Source: Minisyncoccota bacterium (GTDB lineage Bacteria > Patescibacteriota > Minisyncoccia > Phycocordibacterales > Phycocordibacteraceae). Taken from it: a stretch of DNA of 64,000 nt. The notes beneath the pieces were generated by a model. The model was not told where the DNA came from. It ran no database searches and saw only the letters and a list, made by a program, of their open reading frames with translations. Shown here piece after piece: positions 47,786 to 57,360 of this stretch. Each line of letters opens with the position of its first letter. Position 1 is the stretch's first letter. The DNA is taken from positions 4,211 through 68,210 of the forward strand of contig JALHQL010000002.1 in assembly GCA_022841985.1 (NCBI GenBank), read 5' to 3'. Made by a program: the position numbers and the translations under genes.

Positions 47786-47941
47786 ATGTTCTGGATATTC
47801 GTCCTTTTCCTTGCATTATCGTTTTTCGGCATCTCTATTCAAGCCATTATTAACTCCCCAGCCGGTCAAGAAAATTTCGGTTACCTCATCGATCTTCTCA
47901 TTCAAGCCTGGCAGTGGGCTACAGAATGGATTCGTCCATAA
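47786..47941 (+). CDS. possible small membrane protein (51 aa)
   Basis: MFWIFVLFLALSFFGISIQAIINSPAGQENFGYLIDLLIQAWQWATEWIRP; below the ORF-track cutoff; no RBS. Confidence 0.25.
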   Translation: MFWIFVLFLALSFFGISIQAIINSPAGQENFGYLIDLLIQAWQWATEWIRP

Positions 47942-48291
47942 GAAGCTCTACCTGTAGAGATGCTAAGAGGGCTTTAGGTATAGAAGTGCGCAAAAGATAT
48001 ATTGTGCGAACTATTATTAAAACTCCAAGTGGACACTAGAGCCTTGAGCCTTGTTCCCTCTCTACTTTTACCTCCTAAGTTGTCTATGACTTTTACTTAG
48101 AAGCCATAATAACGACCTGTGCCAAACTTATGAGTGTACTCATTAATCCTGTTGCAAATGCATATATCTCAAGATTTTCTTTCCAATTCTTTTTACGCTT
48201 CATATGAGAAAGGGTATCATGCCCACTCCCCTTTTTGCGGAAAAGGTTACTAAAAAGGCGTTTTTGGCTATAGTCCATTCCCATAAAAGTT

Positions 48292-49032
48292 TTAACAAGA
48301 GACGTTTGCGATGATATACTCGTACGCTTCATCGACTGAATCGACGAGTACGTAAAGATCCATGTCGTTCTTATCGATTGTTGCACGTTCCTGGTAAAGC
48401 GTTTTTTCAATAAAAGCGAGCAATGGTTCCCAATAACTCTTCCCGAAGAGAACTATAGGGACCTTGCGGATTTTTTTAGTCTGAACGAGTGTAACAATTT
48501 CGAAAAATTCATCGAGAGTACCGAAACCGCCGGGGAAATAGACGTAGACTTCAGAGGCAAACGTCAGCATCACTTTCCGTACAAAGAAATGATCAAAGCC
48601 GAATTTTTCAGTGAGATACGGATTATAGTGCTGCACTTGCGGCAAATTGATGTTGAGACCAACTGAATCTCCACCGACTTCAAATGCGCCTTTATTTGCG
48701 GCCTGCATGATACCGGAGCTGCCACCTGTGACCACTGCAAAACCTCTTTTCGCCAACCGACTGGCTAATTCCTCGGCATGTTTATAGACATCGTCATCAA
48801 GCGAAGCTCGTGCACTTCCGAAGAACGAAACTCCAAGGCCGTAGCGCCGAATAATGTCGAACCCTTCGATGAACTCTGACATTATCTTGAAGATTCGCCA
48901 CGACTCTACTTTTTGCGGCTTACAGACCAGGGGCGGACGTTCAGCAGGAATCGTGCGATGGCCCTCGTGGACCGCTTTGGCGAGTCGTTCGGCCGCGTGA
49001 TTGTGATGTGCAACGTCATCAGTCGTACTCAT
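48292..49032 (-). CDS. LOG-family protein (cytokinin riboside 5'-monophosphate phosphoribohydrolase-like, TIGR00730)
   Basis: VVTGGSSGIMQAANKGA and PGGFGTLDEFFE; start taken at MSTTDD (49032). Confidence 0.75.
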   Translation of the reverse strand: MSTTDDVAHHNHAAERLAKAVHEGHRTIPAERPPLVCKPQKVESWRIFKIMSEFIEGFDIIRRYGLGVSFFGSARASLDDDVYKHAEELASRLAKRGFAVVTGGSSGIMQAANKGAFEVGGDSVGLNINLPQVQHYNPYLTEKFGFDHFFVRKVMLTFASEVYVYFPGGFGTLDEFFEIVTLVQTKKIRKVPIVLFGKSYWEPLLAFIEKTLYQERATIDKNDMDLYVLVDSVDEAYEYIIANVSC

Positions 49033-49057
49033 ACGTAGTACGTTCAATAGTAACAGA

Positions 49058-49417
49058 TTAGATACCTGTGCAATTTGCAGCGGGAGAATAACCTGCCTTT
49101 TGAGCGGCAGAAATAGAAGCAAACCATACTTTGTTGGCCTCGGAAATGCGGTCAGCTCCTGCACAGGTCGGCAGATAATACTTCGTGCCGTTTTTTGAAG
49201 CGACTACCTCCCCTGCTGTCGTTGTCGTGACGGGCGGAGACAACAAAGGAGCTTCCTCAAGCGAAATACGACTAACCTGTGCCGCATCTTCACCCGCAAG
49301 ATAGCCCAATCCGAAACTGAGGGAGGATACGAGCACAAGCATCGCTATACTAAGCACATCGCGCGGGACCCGAGCAATGAGGCTTTTGCATTTTTCACGC
49401 GTTTCTGCTATAGTCAT
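49058..49417 (-). CDS. hypothetical membrane-anchored protein with C-terminal Ada-Zn-binding-like (degenerate) motif
   Basis: TM helix [19 protein letters not shown]; C-terminus [40 protein letters not shown]; start taken at MTIAE (49417). Confidence 0.4.
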   Translation of the reverse strand: MTIAETREKCKSLIARVPRDVLSIAMLVLVSSLSFGLGYLAGEDAAQVSRISLEEAPLLSPPVTTTTAGEVVASKNGTKYYLPTCAGADRISEANKVWFASISAAQKAGYSPAANCTGI

Positions 49418-49437
49418 ACAGTAAAAACTATACCACC

Positions 49438-49710
49438 ATGGCATCAACAAAAGCTGGAGGTTCAGCAAAAAACCTTAATACTTCAAATCCAAAATACCTT
49501 GGAGTGAAGCTCGCCGACGGCGCAGCTGCTCGTCCTGGCATGGTAATCGTTCGTCAGCGCGGCACAAAGATCGAGGCCGGAAAGAATGTCGCCGTGGGCC
49601 GCGATCATACACTCTTTGCTCTTGCCGCTGGTACTGTCGCCTTCCGCACCCGCCGCAAAACAAGCTTTACTGGACGTAATTTTATGAAGAAAGTTGCTGA
49701 CGTTATTTAA
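49438..49710 (+). CDS. rpmA: 50S ribosomal protein L27
   Basis: [23 protein letters not shown]...[27 protein letters not shown]. Confidence 0.85.
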   Translation: MASTKAGGSAKNLNTSNPKYLGVKLADGAAARPGMVIVRQRGTKIEAGKNVAVGRDHTLFALAAGTVAFRTRRKTSFTGRNFMKKVADVI

Positions 49711-49716
49711 AGATAA

Positions 49717-49760
49717 GAAAAAACCGTGGCGTTTCAAAACGCCACGGTTTTTTCTTTTTT
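49717..49760. terminator. bidirectional intrinsic terminator between rpmA and rplI
   Basis: AAAAACCGTGGCGTT-tcaa-AACGCCACGGTTTTTTCTTTTTT. Confidence 0.7.
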
Positions 49761-49765
49761 CTGCG

Positions 49766-50209
49766 TTATTCCGCCTCAATAGTAATAGAGAATTTCCCAA
49801 ACGCGCCCTCGGCAGCGACCGGAATATCAAATATACCAACCTCTTTAATTGGTTTTGGAAGCTTGATAGCATCATCGGAAAGATCAATGCGCGCCTGCTT
49901 TTGTACCGCTTCGCGTATCTCGGACTTCCCTACGGCATCGTATAAATGACCCTTTTCATTTGCTTTTGTCCTGATCACAATTCTTGCCTCCGCGAGGGCT
50001 GCTATGTTTTGAGCAAGCAGCGCCGTATCAAGTGCCATTCGATCAGTCTCCTTCTTACGACGCAGCTCCGCCTCTTTCATAGCTGATGGAGTCGCAGGGA
50101 TGGCAAGATTCTTTGGAATGAGATAGTTGAGGGCGTGACCATCAGATATGTCGACCAATTCGTGTTTTCGGCCAATTCCCTTTACATCATTCAATATAAT
50201 TACTTTCAT
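49766..50209 (-). CDS. rplI: 50S ribosomal protein L9
   Basis: MKVIILNDVKGIGRKHELVDISDGHALNYLIP. Confidence 0.85.
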   Translation of the reverse strand: MKVIILNDVKGIGRKHELVDISDGHALNYLIPKNLAIPATPSAMKEAELRRKKETDRMALDTALLAQNIAALAEARIVIRTKANEKGHLYDAVGKSEIREAVQKQARIDLSDDAIKLPKPIKEVGIFDIPVAAEGAFGKFSITIEAE

Positions 50210-50229
50210 GTTGTCGCCAGTCTAGCGTA

Positions 50230-51492
50230 TCATTTGCCAGTAGTCAAAAAATCGATTGCTCGCAGCATTTGTGGATCGCGTTCCGCGGAGGCGTCAGCGG
50301 CAGTAAAAGGTACCGTGACATCCGGCACGATGCCATTGTCCATGATCCAGCGGCCACTTGGGGTCACCCATCGTGCAACAGTGATTTTGAGCGACCCTCC
50401 ATCAAGATCTATCAGTGTTTGCACCGAACCTTTCCCAAAGGATTTTGTACCGATGATGGTCGCTCTGCGAGCATCTTGCAGAGCTCCTGCAAAGATTTCA
50501 GAAGCGGAAGCTGAACCGCCATCAATAAGCACGACGATTTTCGTCCCTGCAGGAACGTCATTATAGCCAAGACTTGTATGCGATTGTTTCGGCTCTTTAT
50601 CTCCAAAGTCTTCAGTCACGACAATCGTACCTTTTGGAAGGAAGTGGCTGGCAATATCGACTGCCGCATCAAGATACCCGCCCGGATTGCTCCGCAAGTC
50701 GACGATGAGTTTTTTTGAACCTGAAGCTTTAAATCGCTCAAACGCCTGACTAAAAAGGCTCGCTGAATTCGCAGTAAATTCGTACAGAGCGATGGTATAG
50801 ACACCGCTCTTTTCATCAAGACTGTCCTTGGTCTCAGGTATTTGAATCGTGTCGCGAACAACTTTAATATCAAGCACCTTTCCCCCACGAATGATGGTAA
50901 AAAGTACTGTCGTGCCGATCGGGCCGCGAATCTTGCGCACGGCCTTTTCAATAGAAAGGCCGTCCGTCGATTGCCCGTCGATGGCGGCAATCTGATCGCC
51001 CGATTTGATACCGGATGCCTCAGCGGGAGTGCCCTTCAGAGGAGTGACAACGGTTAATACATTGTTTTTAATATCAATCTCCATGCCAACGCCTGCAAAA
51101 CTTCCCGAAATATTTTCAGCAAAGACCTTTGCTTCTTCAGGCGGGAAAAAGAGAGTGTAAGGATCGCCATAGGAACTGGCTAGCCCGTTAATTGCTCCAT
51201 GAAGACGCTCTTTGACTGAAGGCAACGTAGAGGAAGCATTAGTGATGACATAATTCTGAGAAAGGGCATTCCACGCCTTCCAAAAAGCGGCCAGATCGGC
51301 GCTTGAGTCCGGTGTCGCATCAAGGCCATCGCCAATAAACGGAATATTCGCCGTAAATGATGTAGCAGAACCGCTCGCTCCCACAGAAAGCCCTATAAAA
51401 AAAGAAAGTGCCGCGACTAATGCAAAAGAAATGCCGCGCACCGCGACACCACGCCCTTGATACGAAGTTTCTCCAGATTCCATTTCTGACAT
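50230..51492 (-). CDS. ctpA: carboxyl-terminal processing protease (S41) with PDZ domain
   Basis: PDZ (GIKSGDQIAAIDG), catalytic VVLIDGGSASASEIFAG...KSFGKGSVQ; start taken at MSEMES (51492). Confidence 0.8.
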   Translation of the reverse strand: MSEMESGETSYQGRGVAVRGISFALVAALSFFIGLSVGASGSATSFTANIPFIGDGLDATPDSSADLAAFWKAWNALSQNYVITNASSTLPSVKERLHGAINGLASSYGDPYTLFFPPEEAKVFAENISGSFAGVGMEIDIKNNVLTVVTPLKGTPAEASGIKSGDQIAAIDGQSTDGLSIEKAVRKIRGPIGTTVLFTIIRGGKVLDIKVVRDTIQIPETKDSLDEKSGVYTIALYEFTANSASLFSQAFERFKASGSKKLIVDLRSNPGGYLDAAVDIASHFLPKGTIVVTEDFGDKEPKQSHTSLGYNDVPAGTKIVVLIDGGSASASEIFAGALQDARRATIIGTKSFGKGSVQTLIDLDGGSLKITVARWVTPSGRWIMDNGIVPDVTVPFTAADASAERDPQMLRAIDFLTTGK

Positions 51493-51531
51493 TGTAGCAT
51501 AACGAGTATACGCATATGGTATTCTGGACAT

Positions 51532-52449
51532 ATGATTTTTCGATATCCATATCAAGGCGGCGTATGGGTTGATCTTGAACAACCGAGTGAAGATGAGATC
51601 CACCAAATTGCGCAGGAATTCTCGATTAGCGAGCGCATCGAGAAGGAACTAGTCTCCCCTACCCCTATCCCGCTTGTAGCGAGCGAAGAAAATACGGCGC
51701 TTCTAGTGCTTCATTTCCCAGTGCACGGGACGGAAAACGATGAGACCAAGAGCCAGGAGATTGATTTTGTCGTCGGTACCCACTTTATCTTGACGGTGCG
51801 CTACGAAGTTATCGCGCCACTCCATCACTTGAAGAAACAGCTTGAGACACGGCAGATTATGGCGCCACACGCACTCATTACGGCTGATGTTTTGTTCGAG
51901 ATTCTTTTTGTGCATCTCTACACTTCAGTGCGCGATCATATCAATCATGTTGTTGACCAACTTGCACGCGTTGAGCGGGATATGTTTAACGGCTCTGAGC
52001 GTACGACCGTGCGGTTGATCTCAAGCATCAGCCGTCAATTCCTACATATGGAAGCTGCACTCGCAGATCAGGAAGAACCTTTAGAACGCTTTTTGCTCAT
52101 GCTTAAGCCGCGCAAATTTTTTCACACCTCTTTTACCGAACGTACTGAACACATCAGTGCAGAGCGCGCTCAGATCGCGCGACTTGTCACGACTTACCGA
52201 GCCGTTGCAGGCGAGCTGCGCGAAACTAACAATGCATTATTGTCCGCAAAACAAAATGAGATTATTAAGATACTTACCGTGGTTAGCTTCATCTTTCTAC
52301 CGCTCGCCCTTATTGCTAAGATTTTTGCGATGAAGGTCGAATACATGCCGTTCGTCGATGACCCGAACGGGTTCTGGATAATCCTCGGCTTCATGTCTTT
52401 GATTGCTTTGCTCTTGATATTTTTTGTTGCGAGAAAACGGTGGATTTGA
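51532..52449 (+). CDS. CorA-like divalent cation transporter with non-canonical selectivity motif (AMK in place of GMN)
   Basis: cytoplasmic domain plus two C-terminal TM helices; the loop reads IFAMKVEYMPF where CorA has YGMNFE(Y/H)MPE. Confidence 0.5.
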   Translation: MIFRYPYQGGVWVDLEQPSEDEIHQIAQEFSISERIEKELVSPTPIPLVASEENTALLVLHFPVHGTENDETKSQEIDFVVGTHFILTVRYEVIAPLHHLKKQLETRQIMAPHALITADVLFEILFVHLYTSVRDHINHVVDQLARVERDMFNGSERTTVRLISSISRQFLHMEAALADQEEPLERFLLMLKPRKFFHTSFTERTEHISAERAQIARLVTTYRAVAGELRETNNALLSAKQNEIIKILTVVSFIFLPLALIAKIFAMKVEYMPFVDDPNGFWIILGFMSLIALLLIFFVARKRWI

Positions 52450-52452
52450 CGT

Positions 52453-53913
52453 ATGAGCTTTCTCGCACGCTTATTTGGAAAACGTACGAATGAATCGCGA
52501 GAGCGACCGCCTCAAGTTTTTTTTACCAATACTCTTTCAGGGCATAAGGAGATTTTTGTGGCACAGAAGCCGGGAATAGCCTTGCTGTACACGTGCGGAC
52601 CGACCGTATATGGCCCAGCGCATATTGGCAATCTCCGCGCCTATGTATTCTCAGATACAATCGCGCGCGTACTTACTGCTGCCAGATATCGCGTACGTCG
52701 CGTTATCAACATCACCGATGTCGGCCACATGGTTGGTGACGAGGACATGGGCGAAGACAAGATGGCGATCGGAGCTGCTCGCGAACATGCAACACCTGAA
52801 GCGATTGCGATGCGATATACAAAAGTTTTTATAGAAGATATCAAGAACCTCAATATCGATACTGACAATATTGCTTTTCCCCGCGCAACCGAATATCTCA
52901 AAGAACAGATAGTTCTCGCAAAGACGCTTGAAGAAAAAGGCTTCGCCTACCGCCTTCCAGATGGTCTCTATTTTGACACGCAAAAATTTCCAAATTATGG
53001 AAAACTTGGAGGACTCCAGAAAGTACACCTTGAAGCGGGAGCGCGCGTCGAAGTCGTCAAAGGGAAACGCCATCCTACCGACTTCGTTCTCTGGCGAATC
53101 GCAAAGCCGAATGATCTCCAGCAATGGGACAGTCCGTGGGGTCGCGGCAATCCTGGCTGGCACATCGAATGCTCAGCTATGATCCGTGCGCTCCTGGGAC
53201 AAGAAATTGATATCCATACCGGTGGCGAAGACCACATCAATATCCATCACAACAATGAAATCGCACAGTCAGAGGCGGCAAGCGGCCGTACTTTTGTCCA
53301 TTATTGGATGCATAATGCTTTTCTCACCATGCAGGGAGAAAAAGCGTCAAAATCACTCGGAAACATCATCTATCTCTCAGACGTTGCGAAGAAAGGGCTA
53401 CATCCACTCTCGTTACGCTACTTCTTTCTCCAAGCGCACTACCGTACTCCCCTCTCCTTCTCGTGGGACGCGCTTACAGGTTCCGCAAGCGCGCTTCATC
53501 GACTCTGGAAACTTTCGCACGAAATTGCAGAAGCATCCAGACGAAAGAGCGCGTCCTCCGAGGCACGGGAACGCTTCCTCGCGATGATGCGTGATGATCT
53601 CGGAACCCCGCAAGCACTTGGCATCCTTTGGGATACTTTGAAAAGCGAAGACTACACACCCGAAGAGAAATGGGGTCTCCTAGAAGATGCTGAGGCGCAT
53701 CTCGGTCTTTTACTCCTCAATCCGCCCGCGCAAGATACTCTTTTAGAGAAGGACGCTCCTGAAGAAATAAGGGACCTGCTGAAAGAACGTACTGCAGCAC
53801 GCGCTTCTCAAGACTTTAAAGAAGCCGACCGTATCCGAGGCGAAATCGAGCGTAGGGGATATCATGTGGACGACGGACCAGATGGCCCTATGTTGACCCG
53901 GACTACTCTTTGA
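52453..53913 (+). CDS. cysS: cysteinyl-tRNA synthetase
   Basis: CGPTVYGPAHIGN and KASKSLGN. Confidence 0.9.
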   Translation: MSFLARLFGKRTNESRERPPQVFFTNTLSGHKEIFVAQKPGIALLYTCGPTVYGPAHIGNLRAYVFSDTIARVLTAARYRVRRVINITDVGHMVGDEDMGEDKMAIGAAREHATPEAIAMRYTKVFIEDIKNLNIDTDNIAFPRATEYLKEQIVLAKTLEEKGFAYRLPDGLYFDTQKFPNYGKLGGLQKVHLEAGARVEVVKGKRHPTDFVLWRIAKPNDLQQWDSPWGRGNPGWHIECSAMIRALLGQEIDIHTGGEDHINIHHNNEIAQSEAASGRTFVHYWMHNAFLTMQGEKASKSLGNIIYLSDVAKKGLHPLSLRYFFLQAHYRTPLSFSWDALTGSASALHRLWKLSHEIAEASRRKSASSEARERFLAMMRDDLGTPQALGILWDTLKSEDYTPEEKWGLLEDAEAHLGLLLLNPPAQDTLLEKDAPEEIRDLLKERTAARASQDFKEADRIRGEIERRGYHVDDGPDGPMLTRTTL

Positions 53914-55286
53914 TACAATCAGCGGCAATGGCTACTACCGACCGGGTCCCTCCTCAATCTCTGGAGTCTGAGCGTGCGCTTTTAGGCGCTCTGCTTCTGA
54001 AGCCCGATGCCATTCATGACGTTTCAGATCTTATTCGCCCCGATTCTTTCTATGCGGAAAAGCACCGCCTCATATTCGGTGCAATGCGTGAGCTCTCTGA
54101 ACGTGGTGAACCTATCGATCAACTTTCTCTCTCCGAACGTCTGCAAAATCAAGGACTGCTTGAACGCAGTGGAGGAAGAAGCTACTTGGCCGAACTTGCT
54201 GGCTCAGCACCCGCCCCTGGGAACTTTTCTCACTATGCTGAACTTGTCTCTCGTAAATATCTGATGCGTTCTCTTATCGATGCTGCATACGGTATCAGCG
54301 AAGCTGCCTATGACGATGCTCGCGAAACTATGGAAGTGCTCGATGAAGCTGAGAAGAGTATCTATGCCATCGGCAACGCTTCAGCTGCGCACAAGTTCAC
54401 CGCAATCGGCGATAAGGTGCACGAGGCTTGGGATCGCATCGAGGCACTCTCCAAAAAGGAAGATGGTATTCGCGGCGTGCCTTCCGGCTTCCCTACTCTC
54501 GATAACCTGCTCTCGGGCTTTCATCCTTCTGATCTCATTATTCTTGCAGCCCGCCCTTCAATGGGTAAGACCTCATTAGCGCTTGATATCGCGCGCAATG
54601 CCGCAGTGCGTCACAATGTCCCCGTTGGCATCTTCTCGCTCGAAATGAGCTCCGAGCAACTCATCGACCGTATGCTTGCGGCGGAGTCGTTCGTCAACTC
54701 CTGGAAACTGCGCACCGGACAAGTTCGAGAAGAAGAGGATTTCAACCGCATCCGAGACGCGCTTGAGACGCTTTCAAAGGCTCCTATCTTCATCGACGAC
54801 AAGCCAGGCAATAATATTCTCGCGATGCGCGCGGTTGCGCGCAGATTAAAACGCGAACGCGGCATTGGGCTCATTGTCGTCGACTATCTCCAACTTATGG
54901 CACCGACGTCGACAAAAGCCTCCGATTCTATGGTGCAGCAAGTCACTGAGATTTCGCGCTCCTTAAAGTCGCTTGCCCGCGAGCTTGAGGTGCCAGTTAT
55001 CGCCCTCTCGCAACTCTCACGTGCAGTCGAGCAACGCGGTGGTAAGCCACGATTGAGCGACCTGCGCGATTCCGGAAGTATCGAGCAAGATGCTGACGTC
55101 GTGATGTTCATCCATCGCGAAGATAAGATGAATAAAGAGAGCGATCGGCCCGGCATCGCCGAAATTCTCATCGAAAAGCACCGCAATGGTCCAACGGGAT
55201 CGACCGAGCTCTATTTCGATGAGAAGCGTGCGACCTTTCAGCCCGTCGACACCTCAGGTTACGGCGGTCTTGCTGCAGAATTTTAA
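53910..55286 (+). CDS. dnaB: replicative DNA helicase
   Basis: N-terminal ERALLGALLL, Walker A ARPSMGKT, RecA-like C-terminal domain. Confidence 0.9.
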   Translation: MIQSAAMATTDRVPPQSLESERALLGALLLKPDAIHDVSDLIRPDSFYAEKHRLIFGAMRELSERGEPIDQLSLSERLQNQGLLERSGGRSYLAELAGSAPAPGNFSHYAELVSRKYLMRSLIDAAYGISEAAYDDARETMEVLDEAEKSIYAIGNASAAHKFTAIGDKVHEAWDRIEALSKKEDGIRGVPSGFPTLDNLLSGFHPSDLIILAARPSMGKTSLALDIARNAAVRHNVPVGIFSLEMSSEQLIDRMLAAESFVNSWKLRTGQVREEEDFNRIRDALETLSKAPIFIDDKPGNNILAMRAVARRLKRERGIGLIVVDYLQLMAPTSTKASDSMVQQVTEISRSLKSLARELEVPVIALSQLSRAVEQRGGKPRLSDLRDSGSIEQDADVVMFIHREDKMNKESDRPGIAEILIEKHRNGPTGSTELYFDEKRATFQPVDTSGYGGLAAEF

Positions 55287-55889
55287 ATGGACCATATCGA
55301 CGAACTCGCGCAGGCGCTCGCTCGATTCCCTGGCATTGGTCCGAGGCAGGGAAAACGTTTTGTATTCTATCTTCTCGCCACTCCCGTCCACGAGCGCACG
55401 AAACTTGCCGAGCTTATCGTGTCTCTGGGAAAAGAGGTTCGTCAATGCCCCGAATGTTTACGTTTCTATAACAGCACTACAGCGTCCGTCTGTAATTATT
55501 GTTCTGATAATAAACGTGATGATGCTCTTTTAATGCTTGTCGAGAAGGATCAGGACCTCGCCGCGATTGAGCGTGCCGGCACCTATCGCGGGCGATACTT
55601 CGTTCTCGGCGGTGTGCTGACCCTCACTGGCAAAGGAGCCATTCGTGAAAAAGAGTTGGTACGAATAGTTGAAAAACGATTAAAGAATAACTTGAAGGAA
55701 ATAGTGCTCGCACTCTCGGCAACAAGCGAGGGCGAACATACCGCCGACCGTGTGCGCGAACTACTTGCTCCCTATCGCGATATGGTAAAAACTACGGTCC
55801 TTGGTCGTGGTCTCGCCACCGGCAGTGAGCTTGAATACTCCGACGCCGAGACTCTCCGCGCCGCTCTCACCAACCGTAAAGAAACCTGA
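55287..55889 (+). CDS. recR: recombination protein RecR
   Basis: HhH N-terminus LARFPGIGPRQGKR, C4 zinc finger CPECLRF...CNYC, Toprim. Confidence 0.9.
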   Translation: MDHIDELAQALARFPGIGPRQGKRFVFYLLATPVHERTKLAELIVSLGKEVRQCPECLRFYNSTTASVCNYCSDNKRDDALLMLVEKDQDLAAIERAGTYRGRYFVLGGVLTLTGKGAIREKELVRIVEKRLKNNLKEIVLALSATSEGEHTADRVRELLAPYRDMVKTTVLGRGLATGSELEYSDAETLRAALTNRKET

Positions 55890-55903
55890 TATAGCCTTTA
55901 TTA

Positions 55904-56296
55904 TTAACGATAGGCATTGGTCGTGGTAGCAACATTTGAAGAACCTACCGAGAGTGGAGCGACGTTAATGACCCTGTTCGAAGTTGGACTATAGAGAAAT
56001 GCTTTTTGCGCATTTGTGAAGATAAGTACTTTATCGCCAGCCTTCGCGTTGACGAAGAATTCCTGATCTTTTAATTTCTCCGGATTGGAGACAGTTGCGA
56101 CCGTTGGCGTCTCGCCTTCAGGGAGCAGAATGAGCTTCCCCACAGACGCCATAAGCGATACTACTTCTTCCTGTCCGATAGGTGGACGATTCGGTGCGAG
56201 CACTGCCGCCTGATGATAAAAATAATATGCAGTAGCGCCCATACCAATGAGAAGCCCGAATAAAATTATCGGTAGATATTTTTTAAAATCTATCAT
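55904..56296 (-). CDS. hypothetical membrane-anchored protein
   Basis: N-terminal TM PIILFGLLIGMGATAYYFY; start taken at MIDFKK (56296). Confidence 0.4.
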   Translation of the reverse strand: MIDFKKYLPIILFGLLIGMGATAYYFYHQAAVLAPNRPPIGQEEVVSLMASVGKLILLPEGETPTVATVSNPEKLKDQEFFVNAKAGDKVLIFTNAQKAFLYSPTSNRVINVAPLSVGSSNVATTTNAYR

Positions 56297-56325
56297 GCCA
56301 GTGTAATGCCACATATCATACCACG

Positions 56326-57333
56326 CTATATCCCGTACTGATTATTAATTTTCTCGTAGACAAACTTTGAAATTTCGGCAATTGTCTTTTGAAGTAAGGC
56401 GGTTTCACTTCCGCGCGTCATGACGCAGAGCAGATATGGATGATTTGGATAATATATAATTCCACAGTCATGCAATTGTTGTAACTCATCCCCAAATTTT
56501 CGTTCTCCAAATTTATGTGCGATCGGGATAGCACTCGGTACACCCGCCCGTAGACCATAATTGAAATAGGTCTCCGAAAGAAGTCTGAGCGCACGCTCTG
56601 AATTTGTGCGTGAGAGATAGGATGCATTAAAAAGAACTCTGAAGAAAATACTGTACTGTTTCACCGAGATCTTGCTTGAGGGGTCTGTCAGAATTTCGGA
56701 ATCTATACCAACTCGTCTATACAATTCGACCTGCTCAGCGATAGGCAACCCCTCGTAGAGGAGCGCCATTGCCTGATTGTCAGAATATTTAATCATACGC
56801 ACCACCAGTTCATCGACAGTGTATGTATGCCCTAATTCTATATGTTGATCGGGCAATATATTTTGTTCATCCGGCAACAATGACGAACTGGTCTTGAATA
56901 CGATTTTTTGATTGAGGAAATTGAGATTCTCTTCCGCATGACCCAAGTAGGTCATCATAATAGGGACCTTCAAGAGGCTCGCTGGAGCAAATGGAATATT
57001 CTGATTAATACCTATAATCGGCCCGTTATTAAGATCGCGGAAATATACAGCAATTTCAGACACCTCTAATTTCTTTTTTAGACCCGTTACAAATGCGGTC
57101 AAATCTAACGAGAAATCTTCCTTCGAAGAAGCGATGGTATCGGCTGAAACTTCACATTCAAGTAACGGATTGGTGAATTCTTTTAGACCCGAGCGCACTT
57201 GACCTCTGTCACCATGCTGGCGACTCCCACAGTCATTCGACATACTAAAGACAATTCCTCCGCCAAGCATGAGCATGCATGCGCTCCATACGAATAATTC
57301 CCATGAAAAACGCTTTTGGAGCATGGTTCTCAT
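56326..57333 (-). CDS. serine beta-lactamase-fold protein (class A-like; KTG replaced by KFG)
   Basis: N-terminal TM/signal, SxxK (PASLLKVP), SDN (KYSDNQA), third motif HKFGE. Confidence 0.5.
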   Translation of the reverse strand: MRTMLQKRFSWELFVWSACMLMLGGGIVFSMSNDCGSRQHGDRGQVRSGLKEFTNPLLECEVSADTIASSKEDFSLDLTAFVTGLKKKLEVSEIAVYFRDLNNGPIIGINQNIPFAPASLLKVPIMMTYLGHAEENLNFLNQKIVFKTSSSLLPDEQNILPDQHIELGHTYTVDELVVRMIKYSDNQAMALLYEGLPIAEQVELYRRVGIDSEILTDPSSKISVKQYSIFFRVLFNASYLSRTNSERALRLLSETYFNYGLRAGVPSAIPIAHKFGERKFGDELQQLHDCGIIYYPNHPYLLCVMTRGSETALLQKTIAEISKFVYEKINNQYGI

Positions 57334-57360
57334 TATAACTACGGATATGCGAACACGATT

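Noticed and set aside
48093-48410. 105-aa minus-strand ORF
   Set aside because: It overlaps the 3' end of the LOG gene by about 120 nt and has no recognisable features. At most its last 36 codons could be a small peptide.
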